Positions 11,801-24,345 of a DNA stretch of 64,000 nucleotides are shown here, one piece after another. This DNA comes from the human T2T-CHM13v2.0 reference genome, Homo sapiens. The stretch lies in NCBI RefSeq assembly GCF_009914755.1, contig NC_060943.1. The stretch is one strand, 5' to 3'. Positions within the stretch are counted from its first letter, which is position 1, and each line of letters starts with the position of its first letter. The notes beneath the pieces were generated by a model that worked only from the letters and a program-made list of their open reading frames with translations, had not been told where the DNA came from and did no database searches. Position numbers and translations under genes: made by a program.

Positions 11801-14800
11801 ACCTGGGTTTTAGTCCTAGAAATACATAACTAGATGCAATGTGGGCAATGCCAAGGCAGAAGAATAAAAAACACATACCCTAGGTGTTAGGTGCAGAAAT
11901 ATGTCACAATTTCATGTGACATTCCTGGACCTAACACCTAGGGTATATGTCTTTATGGTGACATCCTCACTCAGGTGCTTGGAAGAAGTGTATGTCACAA
12001 TCAGAGCTGCAGGTAAGTTCAAGGATAAGATTAAAACTCCCACACATATCCTTCTTCTGGGTATGAGAGCAAACACCTGCTGTATGTTGGGTCTGAGTAC
12101 AAAATTCACAGTATCAACAATGGACTGAATCTGTGCATGAGAACTTCCGTCCCTTCTGTGCACTGTGTCTTATTTGTGGAATAATAGCTTTACAGGTGAG
12201 TTGAATCTTAGTCTGATATTCACCAACCCACCTGTGAATTACTTCGAAGTATGAGACTCAATTATCTGACTTTTAACTTCCTCCTAATGTGAGATTCAGA
12301 ACCTAAGCAGTAAGCTGAATTCATGTGCAATAATGAAAATCTTTACTATGAGCTTTGTGTGCATAAGAGTGTCACAATCTCACCTGGGCCAGAGATACAT
12401 TACAATCTCCTCCTGAAAGCAGGAAATGGGCAGCAAAGTCGCCTCACCTGGATGCCGAGCCCAGCAGTAAATCACAGCATTCTCTGGACTCAGCTTTTGG
12501 TTCAGGAACATGAAAGAGAGGCACATCACCTGGTTTCTGGGTGCAGTGATGTGTCACAATCTGTTGCCCTCAGAGAAGAAGATGAACAGAAAAGGAGTCA
12601 CATCAGCTAGGTGCTGGGTTAGTCACAGGTCACAATCACCCCTGTAAGCAGGAACCAGGCCGAAGTGAGTCCCAAAAATGTCCCCTGTGGGCAGCGCCAA
12701 GGCAGGATAATAAAGCCACATCACCTAGGTGCTGGGTCGAGCGATAACTCACAATCCTGTATTTGGGCTGGGCCCCGGCTACAAAGTCAAATCACTCAGT
12801 TGCTGGCCAGAGGGATATATCACATTTACACCTGTTGGAATGTCAGAGAATGATATCTACAATCCAGCACATATCCTGTTTCTGAGTATGTGAGTTAACA
12901 CCTCATGTATGTTGGGTCTTAGTACATGAGTTCATCTCAACAATAAACTGGATCAGTGCATAAGAGGCACAATCCTTCCAGTGCACTGTTTTATCTGAGT
13001 GAGTTACAGCCTCAAAGGTGTGCCGAATATTGGTCTTAGAGTCATCAACCTACCTGTGGACAAGATTCACCTATGAGAATCAATTTTCCAACATTTGACT
13101 GCTTTTGGTTGTGAAATCCAGAGCCTTAACAATGGGCTGTGTTCATGTGGGAAGATGACAATCTTTTTCTGTCGACTTGGTGAGTGTCACAATCTTGCCT
13201 GTGTATTGCCCTAGGGCTTTATACTTGATGTATGAGATTCTCAATCTGCTCTGAGACATTTGTGCTGGTATGAATCATGATCATTCCTATGGCCTTAAGC
13301 CCAAGTATGAGAATCAACATCTCTCCAGTTAGCTGAGTCCAGAATGAAGAATCTTCACCTTCCTATGAGCTGAGCTTAAAATGAGACACCATCCCAACTG
13401 TGCTTACATGTTTATATATGATAGCTGCAATCTCAAATGTAGACTGTGTCCACCTGTAAGATTCAGGATCTCAATAATGAGCTTTGTTCAATTGAGAAAA
13501 TAATGAGAAATACAACCTCACCTTTGTCTTGGGCTCTGTGTTGACACTCTCTGTACCACCCAGGGGCTTTCTATTAAATGTGAGACAGTAGTAATTCTCT
13601 ATGACCTTCATACAAAAATGAGACCTAGGGTTTGACCAATTTTCCTAAGCCTAGCTAAGAGAGACAGTATCTTTCATATTGGCTGGCTCAAGTTATGAGA
13701 GTCATTATGACACCTGTAAACTGAATGAAGACATATGTGACAATCCCACAATTGGGTAAGGAGGGAATGAACAGGAGAATCACATCACCTGGGTGCTGTG
13801 CCAGAGATATTTACAACCTTCTCTGAGAGCAGTGGCCAGGCAAGAGAGTCACATCATGTTGTTGCTGGGCTGGAATTATGTCATAATTTGTTCTGAGAGT
13901 AAGGACCAGGCAAGAGAGGCACAGTACCTGTGTTTTTAGCCAGCGATATGTTATCCCCTCCTGAAAGCAGGACTAAGGCAGCAGAGTCCCTTCACCTGGT
14001 TGCTGGGCCTAATGATATGTCACAATGTCTTCTGTGTCTAGGTCCAATCAGCAAATGCACATTTCCTACTGCTGGCTCCAGTGATGCTTCACAATTCTTT
14101 TTATTGGGATGGCCCAAGCAGAAGAGGAAATCTGAAACACCTAGGGGATGAACAAAAAGTCACTTCCCAATAACTCTGTGGGCAGGACACATGCAGGAGA
14201 GTCACATCACCTAGCTTCTGGGTTCAGTGATATGTCACAATCCCTTCTGTGGGCTGGGCCCAAACAAAGAGAGTCAAATCACTTGGGTGCTGGGAAGAGG
14301 CACATTTCACACCTGCAAGAAGGTCCAAGAATGAGATTAAAAATTCCACACATGTCCAAATTCTAGGTATGAGAGTCAATGCTTCCTGTATGTTGCTTCT
14401 ATATACATGAGCCACAATCTCTACAATGGACTGAATCCACTTATGAGAGCCTCAATTTTTTCTGTGTACTGTGTTCCCTTATTAGAATCACAGTCTCACA
14501 GGTATGCTAGATTTTTGTCTGAGAGAAACCAATCAATCTGTGGACAAGATCCACTTATGAGAGTCAATTTTCCAACTTTTGACTGTCTCCAGGTATGAGA
14601 TTCAGAAGCTCAACAGTGGGCTGTGAAAGGATGATCATCTTTACTGTTTGCTGTGTGTGTGTAAGAGTGTCACAATCTTACATTTGTTTAGGGCCATGTT
14701 AAGACATGTTCTGTATCACCCAAGGGCTTTATATGGTATGCATGGGAGTCACAACTTCCTCTAAATCCTTTGTGCTGTTATGGACCCATGATAGTGTCTG

Positions 14801-17709
14801 TAGCTTTAAGCCCAGGTGTGACAGTCAACATCTTTCTAATTGGTTGTGTCCAGATAGGAGAGTTTTCACCTGCCAGAGCTGGGTTTAGAAATGAGTCACC
14901 ATCACAACTCCGAACAGAAATTCACAAATAAATGTCACAATTTTAACTGCAGACTGCATCCATGTGTGAGATTAAGTGCCTCACCAGTGGGCTTTGTCCA
15001 TGTGTGAGGGTGACAATCATAATGGTTGTCAGGGTGAGCACACAAGAAACACAATCTCATCTGCATGCTGGACCTTGTGATGACACTCTCTCTACCACCC
15101 AAGGACTTTATACAATATGTGAGAGAGTGGTAACCTTTTATAACCTTTGTACAGAAAGGAAACCCAGGATCTTACCCATTTTTCTACACCTAGCTATGAC
15201 AGACAGTATTTGTCCCCTTGGCTGGTTCAAAATATTAGTCATTATCACACCTGTGCACTGGCCAATACATATGTCAAAATACTACCTGTGTGTAGGGAGC
15301 AAACAGAAGAGTCACATCACCTAAGTGCTGAGCCAGGGATATGTGCCAATCTTTTCTGAAAGAAGGGGCCAGGCAAGAGAGATGTATCACCTGGGTTCTC
15401 AGCCAGGGATATGTTACAATTCCCCACTGAAAGCAGGGCACAGACAACAGCAACACATCACTTGGATTCAGGGCTCAGTGTTATGTCACACTGTGACCTT
15501 TGGGTAATACCCAGGCGTGAAAGACACAACACCTGGTTTCTGGGTTCCACGATATGTAGCAATCTTTCCTACAAACAACATGAAAGCAGAGGAGGAGAGT
15601 CAAATCCCTTAGGTGGTGAGTGCAGTATGTCATAAGGCCTCTGGTGGGCATAGCTCAGGCAGGAGTCTCTCATCCAGTATAAGTTGGGATCAGTATTAAG
15701 TCACAATATTCAACATATGCAGGGCCCAGGCAAAACAGAAGAGTTACATTACCTAGGTGCTCAATCCAGTGATATGTTACAATAACCTTATTTTTTTCTT
15801 TTCTTTCTTCTTCTTCTTTTTTTTTTTTTTTTTTTTTTGGCAGGGCCCAGGCAGAAGAGAAGAGTCATATCATCTAGGTGATGAATAAAAAGGTAAGTCA
15901 TTATTCCTCTGTGGGCAGTGCTTGTGCAGAAAATTTCACCTTGTAGGTATAGGACTCAGCAATATATCACAATGTCTGCAGCGCTTTGGAAGGAGAGGAG
16001 AGTCACATCACTTAGGTGCTAGGCCCAGCAATACATCTCAATCACTTCTTTGGCAAAGCTCAAGCAGTAAAAAAGAGTCACATCACATAAGTTCTGGGTA
16101 TAACAATATGTCAAAATACCCCCGAGAAGAGGGCCCAGGAAAGAGAGTCACTTTGGTGAGAATATCAGAGATATGGGACAATTCCGTTTTTGGGTATTCA
16201 CAAAAAAAGAACGTCCCATAACCTAGAAGCTGGGCTCAGCTCTATGACACAATCACCCTAGTAGGCAGGTCCATTAAAGAGAAGACTGCCACATCACATA
16301 AGTACTGGGCAGTGATATGTCATAATCCCCATGCTGATAGACCCAGAGACATCTCACAATAACCTCTTTAGGCAGAGATCAGGCAGAAGAATTACATCAT
16401 TTGTGTGTTGCACCTAGTGATAAGCCATTACTCTCATTTCTGTGGACATGGCCCAGGCAGAAGCGCAGAGTCACATTACCTAGGTGCTGGGCCAAGAGAT
16501 ATGTCACAATCTTTTACATAAGCAAAACCAAGGTAAAAGGGAAGAGTAACATCAGATAGTAGGTGTTACCAGAGACATGTCACAATGCCCCCTGTATGAG
16601 AGAATCAAGCAGTAAAAACACATCACTACATTGCTTAATCTAGTGACATGTTAAAATCTTTCCTGTGGGCATGATGCAGGCAGAAGATGAGAGTCATATC
16701 TCCTATGTGATTGATGCAGAGATATGTCACAAGGTCTCCTGTGGACAGGGTCGAGACTGAAGCCTTCCATCCACTAGGGTTTGGGTCCAGTGATATGTTA
16801 CAATACCCAAATTATGCAGGGCCCAGGCAAAAAAAGAGAGTCACATCACCTAGGTACTGGGTCCAATGATATATCACAATTTTCTATTTTGGCAGGGCCC
16901 AGGCAGAAAGAAAAGTTACATTACCAAGGTAATGAATAAAAATACATGTCATAATAGTTTTGTGGACATGATCCATGCAAGAGAGTCACATCACCTAGGT
17001 GTTGGACCCAGAAATATGTCACAATATACAATGTATACTGTATGCCTCTCAGGGCTGAGGCAAGAGATGATAGTAACTTCACTTATTTGTTGAGCCCAGC
17101 TATACAATCATTTTTTGGGCAAAGCCCAAGTAGTAGAGGAGAGTCACATCACTTCGGTGCTGGGTCCAGCAAGTTGTCACAATACCTGCTGAGGGGAGGG
17201 TACAGGCAAGAGAGCCATGTCACTTAGGTGAGGGGCCCAGAGATATCTCACAATACCCCTGTAGGTAGAACTCAGGAAAAAGAAGAGAGTCACATAATCT
17301 AAAAGCTGGGCCTCGCTGTATGTTACAATCAGCCAGTGGACAGGTCCCAAGCATGAGAGTAGAGTCACATCACATAGGTGCTGGGCCAAGCAATTTGCCA
17401 CAACCTTCACTGTGGACAGGTCCCAGGAAAAAGAAGAGTCACATCATTTAGGTAACAAAACCTGAGTTATGTCACAGTTACTTGTTTGGGCAGAGGTCAG
17501 AAAGAAGTATCACACAACCTGTGTGCTGGACTAAGCAACACGTCACTCTCTCTTTTTTAGGCATGGCCCAGGGAGGAGAGAAGATTCATATCACCTAAGA
17601 TCTGGATTCATGGATAGGTCCCAATTTCTTTTTTGGGCAATGATCAGGTAAGAGAGCAGAGTCACATCAAGTGGTTGATGGGCCTGGAGATATATGACAT
17701 TGCCCCCTA

Positions 17710-18190
<481 letters not shown>

Positions 18191-19229
18191 TCACATAAGC
18201 TAGGCGCTGGGCCCAGTTATATGTTATAGTCACCCCTTTGAGAAGGGAACACTCAAGAGAAGAGACTCACATCACCTCTGTGGTGGACACAGAGATACTT
18301 CACCATGCTCTCTGTAGGCAGGGCCAGAACACAAGAGTTACATAACTGCGGTGTTAGACCAAGCAACATGTCACAATGGCTGATATGGGCCAGACACAGT
18401 CAGGAGAGTCACATAACCTGGGTGTGGGACTCAGTTATATGTCAAAATGCCCACTGGGCAGCGACAAAGCAGGAGAGGAGATTCACATCACCTGGATGTA
18501 AGGCCCAGTGATGTTACAATTCCCCTGTTAGCAGTGATAAAGCATCACCTAGGGGCTGAGTCCAGTGATGTGTCACAATTCCATCTGGGCTGGGTCAGGC
18601 AGATGTGTCAAAAAGGTTCTGTGAAGGTGCATATGTCACAGTCACACCTTCAGGAAGGTCCAGTAATGAAATTAACAATCTCACACATGTCCCGGTTCTA
18701 GGTATGAGAGTCAACACCTGTGTGTTGGATCCAAATAGATGAGTCACAATCTCAACAATTGACTTGAACCATGTGTGAGATCCTAGTTTCTAGTTGCATT
18801 ACTATTAGTACCAGTACCTATTAATTCTTCCACATTCTACATCTTTGTTCTGTATGAATGTGCATACAAATATCGATACATATACAAGGTTATATGAGTA
18901 TTTCTATGTAAATACGTACACAAAAATTGTACCTCAAAAAACATTTTTCAATCTTTTAGCATATTCTAAGGGTGCAGATATAGAATTATTTCCCTTCTCT
19001 AGCTCAGTAGCATGTCAGAATGGGACATAGCTATACAATGTTATTTGTATAGACAAACAAAACTTCACTTTCGGGCAAGTTCTGAAAAATAAGCTGATAG
19101 TAAAACCATGTAACACTTTCTGTCCAGGTTAGCATTTCTGGACCTTGTTTTTCTTCTCAGAGTATGCATGAGCTATTCTCATCCACTACTGGTGGCCCGT
19201 CTTGATTAAATCTATAGTTGCTATTTAGA

Positions 19230-19650
19230 GAACTGGCTGACTGAATCCACCTGGGCTCATCTGAGTGACTGACTGAAATCACCTGGCCTGAAATTATTGG
19301 TCAATTAAAATCATCTGGGCTCAAATAGTTGCTGACTGGAGCTAAATTGAAATCACCTGGACTTAACTAATTGCCTGATTTTAATCTCCTGGGATCAGCT
19401 AATTGACTGTAATTACCTGGTTTGAGTTAATTGGCTGATTGAAATCAAAAGTGCTGACCTAATTGGCTGATTAAAATCACCTGGAATGAGGTAATTGACT
19501 GACTGAATTTACCTGATCTGAGCAAATTGGCTGATTAGAATGACCTAGACCAAGCTAATTGGCTAATTGGGATAAACTGGGCTAAGCTGATTGGCTGATA
19601 GAAATCATCAGGGCTGAGTAAATGGGCTGATTGTATTCACCTGCCCTGAG
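19230..19650. repeat. 32-bp minisatellite (about 13 copies), unit approx. aattggctgattgaaatcacctgggctgagct
   Basis: attg(g) recurs at 19430, 19462, 19494, 19526, 19558 and 19590. Confidence 0.9.
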
Positions 19651-20136
19651 AATAAGTAGGGAAATGACCTCTGACTTTGAAGTTTTTTTTACAAGACATA
19701 CTCATAAATGGACATTACATAGACATATTTATATATCTGTATGTGTTTGCATATGCTTATCTATCTACATATACCTGTTAATAAATATTCAAGTTAAAGT
19801 GTGCAAAGAAATCTGAAATTTGCTTTCAATATTGCAGTCTATCTTGAATTTACAGACCTTGGCTTTTCTACCCATATTCAATAAGTCACTTCTTCAGCCA
19901 ACCAAACCAATTACAGAATTGTGTTCCAATGTCACAAGTTCAAAAACAAAGAGCTCCTGAAAAGATGTAAGCTTTAAATGGAATTAGCATTTTCAATTTT
20001 TGTTTGGGCCTTTAATTTAAAGCTAGTTTATCTCTGTTCCTGTGTTAATCAGAATGAAAAGAAATATTTTTGACTTGGCATTGAATAACACTTGTGGTTT
20101 TATTAAATTTCTTGCTTACAGATTGGAGCAACAAAA

Positions 20137-20439
20137 ATTTTTTTCTTTTTTTTTTTTTTTTTTTTTTTTTACAGAGTTTCACTCTGTTGCTCAGGCATGA
20201 GTGCAGTGGCAGGATCTCGGCTCACTGCAACCTCTGACATCTGGGTTCAAGTGATTCTTTTGCCTCAGTCTACTGAGTAGCTGGGATTACAGGTGCCCAC
20301 CAACATGCCTAGCTAATTTTTGTATTTTTAGTAGAGATGGGGTTTTACCATGTTGACCAGGCTGGTCTCAAACTCCTGACCTCAAATGATTCACTTGTCT
20401 TGGCCTCCCAAAGTGTGTTGTGAGCCACCATACCCAGCC
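20137..20439 (-). mobile_element. AluS
   Basis: Poly-T followed by a reverse-complement Alu body ending cccagcc. Confidence 0.95.
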
Positions 20440-20668
20440 AAAAAATACTTTCTTTAAACATGTTAAATGCAGCTAAATTCACATCAGAGTATTCTTCCAT
20501 TTGTGTACTCTTGTGGATATACTTTAGCGAACAAATAAGATTTTACATGTATGGAAATTTATTTTTATATAACTATCAGTAAAAATACCTATCAATGCTT
20601 TGAAATTCTATATCTTTATTCTGTATAAATATTGAAATAATGATAGATAGACCTGGATAGAAATACAC

Positions 20669-21117
20669 TGTCATGCTCAGGGTCAGGTTACATCCCCAGC
20701 TGAGAGCCAAGGGGAGTGGGTGGATGTGGGGCAGGGAGCTGGAGGAACACTTGAGAGACAGCAGGTAAATGAGACATGGCTTTATTCAGCAGCCCCTTCA
20801 CAGGGTCAGTGTTACATTTATACACTACACAAACAATAGTGGCTGAGTGCCAGGTGGTGAGCTTCTCTATGTTATGTCTACATGAATATGCTTTATTCAG
20901 CAGCCCTTTCACAGGGTCAGTGTTACATTTATACACTACACAAACAATAGTGGCTGAGTGCCAGGTGGTGAGCTTATCTATGTTATGTCTACATGGCTGT
21001 GGTTATACAAAGCTGTGCACCTGTGCCACAAACCTGCTGAGTCATCCAGACTGTTTACCTCAGCCTATGTCTGCTGCCCTATGCCTGCTTGGTTGCAGCA
21101 AAGCCATTTTCTTTACA
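20669..21117 (-). mobile_element. LTR18-like (ERVL) solo LTR with an internal 111-bp tandem duplication
   Basis: TG...CA ends; minus strand begins tgtaaagaaaatggctttgctgcaaccaagcaggcatagg (LTR18-like from recall); TSD tacac/tatac; AATAAA on minus strand. Confidence 0.75.
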
Positions 21118-22684
21118 TATACATGAGTAGATAAATAAACATATACGTACAAGATTATATAAGTTTATCTATGTAAATAATTGTATATGCAAAAAATGTT
21201 CATCAGGAGACATTGTCAATTCCCCAGCCTATCTTAGAAACACAGATGAAGACTTTACTTCTCACCTATATAGCTCCATACCATCTCAGACTGAGAGACA
21301 GCCATACATATATACATCAACAAAGCTTCACACTTCAGGGCATGGCCTGGATATAAGCTTCCAGTACTGCCACATGAAGCTTTATGTGCATCTTAACATT
21401 TCAGGGCCCTACTTTCTTTCTGTTTGTATTTCTGTGTTATTCACATGTGCCATCTTTGTTCTCCCTTGATGCCTCTGCTTCCTAATTTAACTAGTTGTCT
21501 GATTATATCCACCTGAGCTGTGCTAAGGGAACTAGTGAATGAAGATATGCTAGTGAATGAAGATGACTTCTGATCTAGATTTTTTCTGAAGTGTTTTACT
21601 AGACATATGCACAAATGGACATTACATAGCCATACCCATGGGGTCCACACTGTGTTTATATATATGTACATTTCCCCCACCTACTTGATATGAAGGTATA
21701 TGTGTGCAGAAAAATAACACAAAGTAAGCATGGTCAGAGGTTATATTAATTTTTTTCAGGCCATTTGAATGCAATCAGCCAATTAGTTCAGTGATGATTT
21801 ATTCAATTCAAGCTACACACCAGCTGATATTTTAAAAATAAATGTGAAAATGTGTTTTGTTATCTGGAACACGGAGGTTTTTCTTTCTGGGTCTCGTTAA
21901 GTTAGCCCAAAGTGGCTCTGTACATTCAGGTAGAAACATCTAGAAATGCTCAACACCAGTCACCTAGCTTTCCTCAAAAAGAAGCTTTTGCCGAGCCAGT
22001 AAGAATTACCTTTGTCATTTCAGTGAATGTTCACTCTATCCTGGTTAAAATGTGGCCAGGTACTATGTACCATTATATTTGCTTTCAGTTTCACAATCTA
22101 TCTTCTAAAAAGTAACCTAAACTTTCTCTCTCTTACCACAAAAACCCTATTTCAGCCTCAGAGATGATAAGATAAGAGTGTACTTTTACATCGTGCACGC
22201 ATTGGGAAAATAATAAACAGCCCCTGTCTTGACTGAGGCCATAATGAGAAATAATAAGTATACTCAAATTAAGGTGAGGACCTTTGGACTGGGGCTGGTT
22301 CATCTCTGTCCCTATGTACAAGATAAAGGAAAAGGTCAAACTGAAAATGGGAATGAATGACATTTTCATCTCTCAGAAGTGAGCAACAAAGACCAATGTT
22401 TTCTTTGTAAATGATAAATATAGCAGAATGTTTGCAAGGCTGTATCTTTATTTGTGTACTCTTGTAGATATACTTTATAGGGCAAAGAGTTTATACTTGT
22501 ATGTAAGTTTCTTCTTCTGCTACTGTTAGTATCAATACCTATCAATACTTTCACTTTCTATAAATTTATTCTATATCAATATAGATACAAAGATTAATAT
22601 ATCTGTATACAGATATACATAGGCAGATATAAAAACACTCACAGAATTATATGTCTATGTAATTATTTATATTTACAAAAAATT

Positions 22685-22967
22685 GCTGGGCACGGTGGCC
22701 AACGCTTGTAATCCCAGCACTTTGGGAGGCAAATGCGGGCAGATCACGAGGTCAGGAATTCAAGACCAGCCTGGCCAACATAGTGAAAAAAAATACAAAA
22801 AAATTAGCTGGGCGCAGTGACGAGCACCTGTAATCCCAGCTACTTGAGAGGCTGAGGCAGAAGAGTTGCTTGAACCTGGGATTCAGAGGTTGCAGTGAGC
22901 CGAGATCACACCACTGCACTCCAGCCTGGTTGACAGAGTAAGACTTCGTCTCAGAAAGAAAAAAAAA
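22685..22967 (+). mobile_element. AluS (Sg/Sc-like)
   Basis: gatcacgaggtcagga, dimeric structure, A tail. Confidence 0.92.
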
Positions 22968-23271
22968 TGTACTCCAAAAGACATTTTCAATCCCATAGCA
23001 TATTATAAGAATGCATATGTAGAATTACTTCTCTTCTCTTTGGCTCAGTAGCATGCCAGAATGGAACATAGCTATACAATGTTTTTGTATAAACATAAGC
23101 AATGCTTCACCTTTAGGGAAAAGAACCGGGAAGTAAGCTGACAGGAAACCCATGTAATACTTTCTGTCCACATTAGCACTTAAGAACACTTATTTTCTTC
23201 TTGTTTTATGCATGCATCATTCACATCTACCTTCCTGGGCTTGCCTGGATGAATACTTAGTCATCACTTAC

Positions 23272-23430
23272 ATAATTGGCTGATTGAATCCACATGAACT
23301 AAACAAATAGGCTAATTGAAATCATGTGAGCTGAGCTAATTGGCTGGCTGGAATCACCTTGGCTGAGCTAGTTTACTGGTTGGAAATACATGGGCTGAGC
23401 CAATTTGCTGATTGCATTCACCTTTCCTGA
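23272..23430. repeat. 32-bp minisatellite, second block (about 5 copies)
   Basis: Same aattggctgattg unit at about 23275, 23307 and 23339 in the paralogous position of the third tandem unit. Confidence 0.8.
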
Positions 23431-23925
23431 GGGGGCTGTGTAGGACCGATTTACTTATATTTTGGGACTGGTTTACTCATATGTGATTCAGCTTTATTAT
23501 ATTTTGGGACCTTTTTTTATAAGATGAACTCATAGATAGATATCACATAGACATATTTATATGACCCAGTGTGTTTGAATATATTTATCTACATATCTTA
23601 TATCTGTATATAAATCTACAGAAAAAAGCATTAAAAGAAAGTTGTAATATGATTCCAGTATCACAGTCTATCTTTGGCTTTTCAACTCCTACCTAAAATC
23701 ATGTCTCTAGCCAACAAAACCAAAAGACAAGATGGTATTCCCTTTTCGCTTAAAACAACAACAACAACAACAACAACAAATAGTGCCCCTGAAATACTGG
23801 AAGCTTTAAAAAGAATTATTCAGCATTTTCAATTTGAGTGAGGATCTTTAAGCTGAGGCTAGATAATCTCTGGCTTTGTGCTCACCAGAATTAAAAGGGT
23901 CATCTTTGGCTTGGCAATAAATGAC

Positions 23926-24345
23926 TCCCATATCATATAAAGCCCCTGAGTGTTACAGATAGTGTTATCACAGGGAACAATATGCAGGTGAGATTGTGTT
24001 TCTCATATGCACACCCCACCAAACATTAGAATTGCCACCCTCACTCATGGAAAGAGCTCACTGTTGAGGTCCAGAATTTCACATGCAAATACAGTCCACA
24101 GTTGGAATTTTGACTGTAATATGTAAAGACCTAGCCACAGTTGGATTAGTGACATATTTCTAAGCCCAGATAAGAGGCAGGTGAGGACTCCAGTATCTGG
24201 ACCCAGCCAATTTAAGAGATGTTGACTCTCATACCTGGGCTTGGGGCAGCAGGTATGGTCATGGGTCCATACAAGCATGAAGGACTCAGAGTTAATTGTG
24301 ATTGCCATTCATATTGTATAAAGTCCTTTGGTATTATAGACAGTG
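23926..24345 (-). repeat. Inverted fragment of the beta-satellite spacer block
   Basis: Reverse complement of about 5850-6225 (e.g. gttgactctcatacctgggctt vs aagctcagatatgagagtcaac). Confidence 0.85.

Larger units (their letters stand above)
18785..23925 (+). repeat. Three diverged tandem copies of a 1.5-2 kb AT-rich unit
   Basis: Shared landmarks tacctat(c/t)aat at about 18816, 20586 and 22536, and acatt(t/g)tcaat...gctc(a)gtagcatg(t/c)cagaatgg at about 18940-19025, 21210-21290 and 22980-23065. Confidence 0.8.
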
